Below are positions 1-8,684 of a stretch of 31,983 nucleotides of DNA, piece after piece. How positions within the stretch are numbered: position 1 is the stretch's first letter; every line of letters begins with the position of its first letter. The translations under genes and the position numbers were made by a program. Origin of the DNA: an uncultured Candidatus Saccharibacteria bacterium (lineage in GTDB: Bacteria > Patescibacteriota > Minisyncoccia > Phycocordibacterales > Zambryskibacteraceae); NCBI GenBank assembly GCA_964489565.1, contig CAZAZG010000002.1, positions 1 through 31,983 of the forward strand, written 5' to 3'. A model generated the notes under the pieces. It ran no database searches, was not told where the DNA came from, and saw nothing but the letters and a program-made list of their open reading frames with translations.

Positions 1-93
1 GCAAGGAAATTTTTTGGTTTTTGCACACGCGAGTCCGCGAGCGTGTCCGAGGCGCGCATCATTCCGCATCAGGGTTCAATTCAAAATACATTA

Positions 94-116
94 GGGTCGG
101 CGCTTCGCGCCGACCC
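94..116. repeat. Perfect GC-rich hairpin with GC-TTC-GC core (GCGAAGC on minus strand)
   Basis: GGGTCGGCGC (94-103) and GCGCCGACCC (107-116) are exact reverse complements around TTC. Confidence 0.8.
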
Positions 117-147
117 CATTTCGGCTTCCAATTCTGATTTCCAATTT

Positions 148-171
148 TGGCGGAGGGTAAGAGATTCGAAC
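148..171 (-). repeat. Duplicated 3' end of tRNA-Ser (att-like direct repeat, ends in CCA)
   Basis: 150-171 is identical to 306-327 (22 nt). In tRNA sense the copy reads GTTCGAATCTCTTACCCTCCGCCA. Confidence 0.9.
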
Positions 172-305
172 CTTACAGGTTCTGTCCCCTGTTTGGATTT
201 TTCTGTCGCTTTTTTAAAGCTCAGAAAAATACTCAAACAGGCTTCGAATCTCACACGCAGATGTCAAACACCTGCTCCACCCGAAAAACCCGAAATGGGT
301 TTTTT
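150..305 (-). mobile_element. tRNA-associated ~156-bp hairpin element, copy A (putative miniature integrative element)
   Basis: Lies between tRNA-Ser and its 3' duplicate. Inverted T-arm copy at 243-252; stems 188-195/234-241 and 197-205/222-230; CTGTAAG motif at 172-178 on minus strand. Confidence 0.6.
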
Positions 306-306
306 G

Positions 307-391
307 CGGAGGGTAAGAGATTCGAACTCTTGGTGGGTTTCCCCACACCACGTTTCCAACGTGGCGCACTAGACCGCTATGCGAACCCTCC
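307..391 (-). tRNA. tRNA-Ser(GGA)
   Basis: Acceptor GGAGGGT/ACCCTCC, anticodon arm CCACG-TTGGAAA-CGTGG, long variable arm, T-loop TTCGAAT; CCA not encoded. Confidence 0.95.
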
Positions 392-438
392 ATACTTTTT
401 GAAAGCTGTATACCTTCTCTTCTGCAATTAAATCTATA

Positions 439-1161
439 TTATTTTTCTTCCGCTCTTATTTCAAAATTTGATAGGTATGGCTCATCGTCTGCCGTGTGCA
501 TTAGATCGGCTAATACCACCCTATTTCTTCCCTCCGTTTTTGCGTCGTACATTGCCAAATCAGCGTTATGAACAATTTGGTTATATCCCCAGCCATTCTG
601 AAGTTCTGCAACCCCAATGCTCGCAGTCACATTGAGATCGGGCAGGCCATCGAATACAATGCCTTCAATCGAAGTGCGGATTTCTTCTGCAATCTGACCT
701 GCACTTAGCCTATCAGAACCAAATAAGATGACCGCAATTTCTTCACCACCAATTCGGGCCACAACATCAGTGGCTCGCACTGTGTTTGAAATGGCCAGAG
801 AGGCCTTCTGTAAAGCAAGATCTCCGATTGCATGCCCATGGTCGTCATTAATTTTTTTAAACCGATCAAGGTCGATCATCAGAATTGAGGTGTGCTTTTC
901 ACGATGATCCGGATGTCTTTCAAGTGCCTCAAGTTTTTGTACAAAAAAATCTCTATTTCGAAGTCCCGTCAAATGATCTCTTCCGGTTTTTTCTAATAAT
1001 TCTTCAATTTTGTCACTCTGTTCTATAATTTTCTCGCCCTGCTGTTTTGCAAGCTTAATAAGCTCATCGCGGGACATGGATTCATAACTTGGTTCACCCA
1101 CGTTAGGAGATTCAATTTGTGGAGAAGGCTCACCCTCCCACCCCTTTGGTCCTTCGTTCAT
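439..1161 (-). CDS. Diguanylate cyclase (GGDEF domain) with N-terminal coiled coil
   Basis: DHLTGLRNR, IDLDRFKKINDDHGHAIGD, RATD I-site 5 residues before GGEEI. Start placed at 1161 (7 nt after TATAAT); ORF track start is 1170. Confidence 0.9.
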   Translation of the reverse strand: MNEGPKGWEGEPSPQIESPNVGEPSYESMSRDELIKLAKQQGEKIIEQSDKIEELLEKTGRDHLTGLRNRDFFVQKLEALERHPDHREKHTSILMIDLDRFKKINDDHGHAIGDLALQKASLAISNTVRATDVVARIGGEEIAVILFGSDRLSAGQIAEEIRTSIEGIVFDGLPDLNVTASIGVAELQNGWGYNQIVHNADLAMYDAKTEGRNRVVLADLMHTADDEPYLSNFEIRAEEK

Positions 1162-1197
1162 ATTCGCCATTATAATACATGGCTAAAGAATTACGAA

Positions 1198-2091
1198 CTA
1201 GACAGCTTCTTTTCCAAGTAGTGCTACGATACGTTCCTCTACGGGAGGATGGGTCATAAATAGCCGGGAAACCTTTTTTCCCTTAAATGGATTTGAGATA
1301 AATAGATGAGCCGTTGCACTACTCGCCCGCTGAAGTGGAGCAGGTGAGGCGCTTATTTTTCGCAGTGCACCTGCCAAGCCTTCTGGATATCGAGTGAGAA
1401 GAGCTGCGGAGCTGTCTGCAAGAAATTCGCGCTTTCGAGAAATAGCGAGCTGAATAACAACCGCTACTAATGGAGTGAGGATGGAGAGTGCGATTGCAAG
1501 AATAAGAACTAGGACTCCCCCTTTATTATTGTCGTTACTGCGACCACCACCCCACATTGCACTCCGGAGAAAGAAGTCTGAAGCAAGTGAAATGAATCCG
1601 ACGAGCACCACTACTACAGTCGCAAGGAGAATGTCTCTATTGCCAATATGAGAAAGCTCGTGAGCAATGACTCCTTCAAGCTCTTGACGATTCAACATCG
1701 AAAGGAGCCCTGTTGTAACACACACCACTCCGTGCTCTTTATTTCTTCCTGTGGCAAACGCGTTCGGAGAATTATCATCGATGACGTAGAGCGCAGGCAA
1801 TGGAAGGCCCGCAGTGATGGCCAAGTTTTCAGTAACAGTATAGAGATCAAAAAACTCTTCTCTTGTTGCGGGGCGCGCCTTGTAGAGTGACAAGACAATT
1901 TTGTCTGAATACCAGTACGAGGTGATGTTCATCGCTATGGAAAAAATGACGGCAAAGAGAAGGATGCTCGGGTTGTTATAGTACAGAGAAATTACCCATC
2001 CAAAGCTTATGATGAGAACAAAAAACGAAAGCATAAGGAGCCAGGTTTTCCAGATATTTTCCGACTGATGAGTATAAAAATTTTCTGACAT
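1198..2091 (-). CDS. htpX: M48 zinc metalloprotease HtpX
   Basis: PNAFATGR, AHELSH (HExxH), SRKREFLAD, THPPVEERI, several TM segments. Confidence 0.93.
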   Translation of the reverse strand: MSENFYTHQSENIWKTWLLMLSFFVLIISFGWVISLYYNNPSILLFAVIFSIAMNITSYWYSDKIVLSLYKARPATREEFFDLYTVTENLAITAGLPLPALYVIDDNSPNAFATGRNKEHGVVCVTTGLLSMLNRQELEGVIAHELSHIGNRDILLATVVVVLVGFISLASDFFLRSAMWGGGRSNDNNKGGVLVLILAIALSILTPLVAVVIQLAISRKREFLADSSAALLTRYPEGLAGALRKISASPAPLQRASSATAHLFISNPFKGKKVSRLFMTHPPVEERIVALLGKEAV

Positions 2092-2122
2092 AGCAAAAAG
2101 ATTGATAAGGAGAGGAGTTACA

Positions 2123-2683
2123 TCAAAACTTCACTTCTATAGGATTTTTCTCGGCAGAAGTAGCGTCGAGTTCGAAAAATTCTCTGCGATTTATATTGAA
2201 GATTTTTGCAATACTATTTCCTGGGAACGATTCGATACCAATATTGAGATCTCTTACATTGCCATTGTAAAATCTTCGAGCAGCCTGGATTTTGTCTTCA
2301 GTATCTGAAAGTTCACTCTGAAGGGACAGAAAATTTTCATTCGCTTTTAGGTCAGGGTAAGCTTCCGCAAGGGCAAATACTGACTTGAGTGCTCCAGTGA
2401 GCATGTTTTCGGCCTGTGCGTGTCCGGTGGTTGGACCCTGAGCTCCCATTGCCGCATTTCGTGCTTTGGTGACATTCTCAAATACTGATGATTCATGAGT
2501 TGCATATCCTTTTACCGCATTCACGAGGTTTGGAATGAGATCATAGCGACGCTTCAGCTGTACGTCGATATCTGCCCAGGCTTCTTTTGAACGGTTTACT
2601 AAACGAACAAAACCGTTGTAACTAAAAATAATGTAGAGAACGAGAGCGATCGCAATAATGGGTAATACCGTAAATAGTGTCAT
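2123..2683 (-). CDS. lemA: LemA family protein
   Basis: N-terminal TM, WADIDVQLKRRYDLIPNLV, EAYPDLKA, ARRFYN; usual lemA-htpX pairing. Start uncertain (2683 or 2725). Confidence 0.93.
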   Translation of the reverse strand: MTLFTVLPIIAIALVLYIIFSYNGFVRLVNRSKEAWADIDVQLKRRYDLIPNLVNAVKGYATHESSVFENVTKARNAAMGAQGPTTGHAQAENMLTGALKSVFALAEAYPDLKANENFLSLQSELSDTEDKIQAARRFYNGNVRDLNIGIESFPGNSIAKIFNINRREFFELDATSAEKNPIEVKF

Positions 2684-2873
2684 AGTCGTAAAAATTAAAA
2701 ATAATAAGCTTTGAAACGTCATCAAAAACCTTTATGCACATATTATACCATATCTCCAAGATTTGCACGGTATGCATTATTATTTTTTCGGTATAGAATA
2801 ATGGTAGAACTTTTTCTCAACTCTGGTCAGCGTTGTCAAAGTCGTTGGTTCCTTTCACAACGAGGTATGCAAC

Positions 2874-3005
2874 ATGCTTGCCGAACTCTGGGAAAAGCAT
2901 CCGTACATTGTGGGAGGTGCAGGGATTGTCCTGTACTTTATGCTAATGATAATGCTGTTGGCACTAGTCTCAGCATCGAGGAAATACCCCGCTCAAGTCG
3001 GGTAG
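2874..3005 (+). CDS. Putative 43-aa single-pass membrane microprotein
   Basis: Manual translation MLAELWEKHPYIVGGAGIVLYFMLMIMLLALVSASRKYPAQVG; GAGGT 7 nt upstream of ATG. Confidence 0.6.
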   Translation: MLAELWEKHPYIVGGAGIVLYFMLMIMLLALVSASRKYPAQVG

Positions 3006-3041
3006 TAAAGCGGCCCCCGTATTATCAAGAATGGAGACGCT

Positions 3042-3161
3042 GTGAATTACCTCACATTAGCAGGGCTCGTAGGGCTCGTCCTCATCGCAGCTATAGTTTT
3101 CCTAAAAATGACAAACAGGAAAGCTCACGATGGGTGGGATCGGAATATCAGCTCACAGTAA
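3042..3161 (+). CDS. Putative 39-aa single-pass membrane microprotein
   Basis: Manual translation MNYLTLAGLVGLVLIAAIVFLKMTNRKAHDGWDRNISSQ; GTG start, GGAG 5 nt upstream. Confidence 0.55.
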   Translation: MNYLTLAGLVGLVLIAAIVFLKMTNRKAHDGWDRNISSQ

Positions 3162-3186
3162 AGCTGAACCTACTAGCTAAAAACAC

Positions 3187-3219
3187 AACTCCCCCGCAGG
3201 CACAGCCTGCGGGGGAGTT
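3187..3219 (+). terminator. Intrinsic terminator-like hairpin after the microprotein pair
   Basis: 14-bp perfect stem AACTCCCCCGCAGG/CCTGCGGGGGAGTT, 5-nt loop. Confidence 0.65.
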
Positions 3220-3252
3220 TCACATGGCTTTAGATTAGGAACATAAAGCTTT

Positions 3253-3301
3253 TATAAAACTATTCCCCTTATTCGCGCGAATGGGGGGGAATAGTTTTAT
3301 A
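3253..3301. terminator. Long hairpin, probable groEL-side terminator
   Basis: TATAAAACTATTCCCC/GGGGAATAGTTTTATA 16-bp stem, between convergent units. Confidence 0.55.
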
Positions 3302-3420
3302 TAGCACTTAGTTAATGTTAATGGTTGCCTTTATTCACTCATTCACCATTCCGTTCAATTCTTTTTTGAACCTAACCTCTCTTTCGCATTCATTAAAAAC
3401 TAACAACTTAAAAATCCCCC

Positions 3421-5067
<1,647 letters not shown>

Positions 5068-5082
5068 TTAGTGTAAATAAAA

Positions 5083-5412
5083 CTAACCGAGAATTTTTGC
5101 TGAGATTTCAGATTCTTTGAGAATATAATATTCCTCTCCATCGAAAGTTACCGGTTCACCCCACTGAAAAAGCACAGTGTCGCCAATAGCAATATCAATC
5201 GGTACATGTTTTCCGTGGTCAATTTTTCCAGGACCTACCGCCACTACCACCGCACGCTTTGCCCCTTTTTCTTCTTTGACGCTGTCAGGAATATAGATAC
5301 CAGAATCAGTCTTCTTTCCGTCGCTCGTCTTTTTCTCCCGCACAATAATACGATCGCCGAGAGGCACGAGTCCAAACGACACCTTATTTACAGAATTTTT
5401 TTGTTTTTTCAT
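5083..5412 (-). CDS. groES: Co-chaperonin GroES
   Basis: PLGDRIIV, SGIYIPD, VVAVGPG, GDTVLF, LKESEI; directly upstream of groEL. Confidence 0.96.
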   Translation of the reverse strand: MKKQKNSVNKVSFGLVPLGDRIIVREKKTSDGKKTDSGIYIPDSVKEEKGAKRAVVVAVGPGKIDHGKHVPIDIAIGDTVLFQWGEPVTFDGEEYYILKESEISAKILG

Positions 5413-5512
5413 AAGAAGAAAATTAGTCTGTTAATACGACTCTATACGATATATAGAGTAATTCGGCTTCTATTATAGGTACCGTTTGCGAGCCGTCAAT
5501 TATACCGCAAAA

Positions 5513-5630
5513 GACCCCGAACGCTTCGCGTTCGGGGTCCCACTCTATATAAAGACAAACAAAAAGGGCCAGACTGTGTAAGTCTGACCCCCGTTACCCA
5601 AGTGGCACCGCGTGCGGTGTTCACTTGGGC
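5513..5630. terminator. Three stacked hairpins downstream of the GC-rich orphan gene
   Basis: GACCCCGAACGC-TTC-GCGTTCGGGGTC (5513-5539), CAGACT/AGTCTG (~5570-5587), CCCAAGTG...CACTTGGG (~5597-5630). Confidence 0.55.
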
Positions 5631-5633
5631 CTT

Positions 5634-6302
5634 TTACCCCCGTGCCTTTTGGCCCTTGGGCTGCTTCATCGCAGCCCGGAGCTGTCGATCCTGCTCGCGC
5701 TTTTCAGCGCTGCGACCAGTGCGGTGCGTGACCACAGTGGTCCCAGTGGTCAAGATCACCGCACGGACACGTTCCCGTGCAGTAGCGACACGCACCGACG
5801 ATTCAATTCTCGCCGAATTCTCGATATACTGCACGACGCCGTCCATGACCGCGTAGGCCTTGATGGCCTTATCTGAGCTAACGTTCTCCGGGGAAAGCTT
5901 GTCCCGAAAGAACTTCAACTCGACACCGAAGCGCTTGGCGAGCGAGTTGTACGCGTTCGTACCCCGAAGGGCATCGAACCGCGCCACGAACTTCGCCGGC
6001 GTCTCGTCGATGAACTCGACGATCTCCACGCCGACGTCGTGCTCGGCGTCCTTCACGTTCTGAAGGATTTCCTCCAGGCGACTCAGACTCGAGCCACGGT
6101 GCTCGTAGTTCTCGTCGAGACTCCGCTCGATGGAAACCTTGACGGTCTCCATCTCAGCGAGATCCTGCTTGATCTCACCAGAGAGCGTGAATCCGCTCTG
6201 GACCATGAACTCGGCGTGAGCACCCTTGCCCGCGATGAACGCAAGCAGAGTGTTGATCTTGCCGATGATGTTGGCTGCGATGCGTGAGTTTTGGTCAAGC
6301 AT
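5634..6302 (-). CDS. Hypothetical protein, GC-rich orphan with basic C-terminal tail
   Basis: Open frame visibly richer in G/C-ending codons than its neighbours; AGGAG before ATG at 6302 (ORF track start 6326); no motif recognised. Confidence 0.7.
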   Translation of the reverse strand: MLDQNSRIAANIIGKINTLLAFIAGKGAHAEFMVQSGFTLSGEIKQDLAEMETVKVSIERSLDENYEHRGSSLSRLEEILQNVKDAEHDVGVEIVEFIDETPAKFVARFDALRGTNAYNSLAKRFGVELKFFRDKLSPENVSSDKAIKAYAVMDGVVQYIENSARIESSVRVATARERVRAVILTTGTTVVTHRTGRSAEKREQDRQLRAAMKQPKGQKARG

Positions 6303-6561
6303 GTCAAGCTCCTGGCCTTTGGCCAATGGAATTTTTTCCTGCTGATTACTGCTAGAGAACTACTGGTATATATAATAGCATAATTAAAATAAAAGTCAAG
6401 CAATTCAAGGAGAATTTTTGGAAATAGTCATATTATTAGCCATTAAATTAACTATTTTCTTCTGTTCGCCATCTTATATTCTTACTATCTATTATCCTGT
6501 TGGCAGATGCTACCCCGATTTCTATCAATATTTTCAAAATATAGCCTGTAAACACTCCGGC

Positions 6562-6589
6562 TTGAAAAAAAAACCAAACGGGGTATACT
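6562..6589 (+). promoter_or_regulatory. sigma70-type promoter of secG
   Basis: TTGAAA-16 nt-TATACT, ATG 8 nt downstream. Confidence 0.6.
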
Positions 6590-6597
6590 AGTCCCTA

Positions 6598-6828
6598 ATG
6601 AGTATTTCTGTGGCATTACCCTACATTCAGATTATCCTTTCAGTTCTGCTTATCGGCGGAATCCTTTTACAGAGATCAGAAGCTGGACTTGGCGGAGCCT
6701 TTGGTGGCGACGCGTTTAGCTCTACTCAGTATGAAAGACGAGGTGCTGAAAAGACACTATTCCGACTTACATTAGTCATCGGAGTTCTTTTTGCCCTCTC
6801 TGCGTTTGTCGCGTTGTTGCTCCAATAA
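6598..6828 (+). CDS. secG: Preprotein translocase subunit SecG
   Basis: Two TM helices, ILLQRSEAGLGGAFGG, RRGAEKTLFRLT. Confidence 0.93.
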   Translation: MSISVALPYIQIILSVLLIGGILLQRSEAGLGGAFGGDAFSSTQYERRGAEKTLFRLTLVIGVLFALSAFVALLLQ

Positions 6829-6908
6829 CAAGAGAAATTTGCGCGTAGTAACCCTATGAGCATTTCTTTGTTTGAAATATTCGGACCAGTTCTTAAACAC
6901 ATACTTCC

Positions 6909-8657
6909 GTGAACACACGACTCCAAATGCTCCTCAAAACGGGCTTTCAGGTTCCGAAATCAGAATCTCTCCAGAAGGCAGTTCGTTCATTTTCTTTCAC
7001 AGAGAAAATAATCTTTTGGTGTGCCACGGCAGTCTTTATGCTAACTACCACACTCTTGCTTATGGGGGTGAACAAAGCCTTCCTCGTCTCAGTACCAGTC
7101 CATGGCGGAGAGCTCATAGAAGGAGTTGTCGGTTCACCACGATTTGTAAATCCGCTTCTGGCACTTTCTGACGCAGACAAGGATCTCGTATCCCTCGTGT
7201 ATTCAGGACTCATGAAAGCAACCCCTGACGGGACTCTCGTGCCCAATCTTGCAGAAAGCTATTCTATAAGCAGTGACGGACGGACGTACGCTTTTATCTT
7301 AAAGCCAAACGTGACCTTCCACGATGGAGTCGCAATCACCGCTAGTGATGTAGAGTTCACCGTGCAAAAAGCGCAGGATCCGTCACTGAAGAGTCCTCGA
7401 AGAGCAAACTGGGATGGGGTTAGCATTGAAAAAATCAGTGATCGTGAAATTCATTTTGTTTTGAAGCAGGCGTATGCACCGTTTCTTGAAAACACTACGC
7501 TCGGAATTTTACCAAAGCATATTTGGAAAAACGCATCACCGGATGAATTTGCATTTAGCGAATACAATGTCACCGCAATCGGCTCAGGGCCATACATGGT
7601 CAAGAATGTTCTTCGCAACAACGCAGGAATCCCAAACCAGTACACACTCAAAGCGTTCACTGATTTTGAAAGCGGTGAGCCATACATCACCACACTCACC
7701 ATGCGCTTCTATCAAAACGGGAGCGACCTCGCGGCTGCGCTTGATCAAGGTGACGTAGAGAGTGCCAACAGCTTGTCTGCTGACACAGTACGCAAACTTG
7801 TGGGGCAAGGTAAACAGGTTGAAGAGTCCACTCTTCCCCGCATCTTTGGAGTATTCTTCAATCAAAGCCATGCTCCGATTTTCACCAGAAAAGAAGTGCG
7901 TCAAGCACTCAGCATGTCCGTCGACAAAACTGCCATCGTGCAGGATGTACTTTCTGGATACGCAACTGCAATTGATAGTCCGATTCCTCCAAAAAAATTA
8001 GGAATGGATGTAAAAAATGCTTCAAGTACAGAAGAAAATGTTGCGAGTGCAAAAGCGCTACTTGAGAAAAATGGTTGGGCGATGAACAGTGCTACGGGTG
8101 TATATGAAAAGAAAGAAAAGAAAGAAGTCACCACCCTGACCTTTTCACTTGCAACAGGTGACGCTCCGGAGCTCAAGGCAATTGCTGAGAAAGTAAAAAA
8201 TGATTGGGCGAAAATCGGCGCTAAGGTCGAAGTTACTATTTTTGAAACCGGAAACTTGAACCAAAATATCATCCGCCCTCGAAAATATGATGCACTGTTA
8301 TTTGGAGAAATCGTAGGGCGTGACCATGATCTGTATCCGTTCTGGCATTCAAGTCAGCGCAATGATCCAGGCCTAAACATCGCTCTGTATGTAAATAGCA
8401 AAGTGGACAAACTACTTGAAGACGCGAGAACGACAACTGAAAGTACTGCGAGAGATGCTAAGCATATCGAGTTTGATACAGAGATAAAGAATGATGTACC
8501 TGTCGTGTTCCTCTATTCCCCAAGCTTTTTGTATGTAGTACCGAATACCGTAGAGAATGTTCATATTGGAAACCTGACCACAACCGGTGACCGATTTCTA
8601 ACTGTAAACGAATGGTACATAGAAAAAAACAACGTATGGAAATTATTTACCAAATAA
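6909..8657 (+). CDS. Family-5 (OppA/DppA-like) ABC substrate-binding protein, N-terminally membrane anchored
   Basis: LVYSGLMK, PNLAES, FHDGVAITASDVEFT, GSGPY, LYPFWHSSQ; no permease genes adjacent. Confidence 0.88.
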   Translation: MNTRLQMLLKTGFQVPKSESLQKAVRSFSFTEKIIFWCATAVFMLTTTLLLMGVNKAFLVSVPVHGGELIEGVVGSPRFVNPLLALSDADKDLVSLVYSGLMKATPDGTLVPNLAESYSISSDGRTYAFILKPNVTFHDGVAITASDVEFTVQKAQDPSLKSPRRANWDGVSIEKISDREIHFVLKQAYAPFLENTTLGILPKHIWKNASPDEFAFSEYNVTAIGSGPYMVKNVLRNNAGIPNQYTLKAFTDFESGEPYITTLTMRFYQNGSDLAAALDQGDVESANSLSADTVRKLVGQGKQVEESTLPRIFGVFFNQSHAPIFTRKEVRQALSMSVDKTAIVQDVLSGYATAIDSPIPPKKLGMDVKNASSTEENVASAKALLEKNGWAMNSATGVYEKKEKKEVTTLTFSLATGDAPELKAIAEKVKNDWAKIGAKVEVTIFETGNLNQNIIRPRKYDALLFGEIVGRDHDLYPFWHSSQRNDPGLNIALYVNSKVDKLLEDARTTTESTARDAKHIEFDTEIKNDVPVVFLYSPSFLYVVPNTVENVHIGNLTTTGDRFLTVNEWYIEKNNVWKLFTK

Positions 8658-8684
8658 TCATTATTATTAACTACTCACAATCGA

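Noticed and set aside
43-431. ORFs 43-372 and 147-431
   Set aside because: The repeated RRVRDSN text is the antisense translation of tRNA-Ser and its duplicate; not credible proteins
2711-3238. 175-aa ORF
   Set aside because: TTG start overlapping lemA, no motif, runs through a terminator; two SD-led ORFs in another frame explain the region better
5413-5500. CIRCE/HrcA operator upstream of groES
   Set aside because: No TTAGCACTC-N9-GAGTGCTAA. An 8-bp inverted repeat ACTCTATA/TATAGAGT near 5440-5460 exists but alone cannot be assigned
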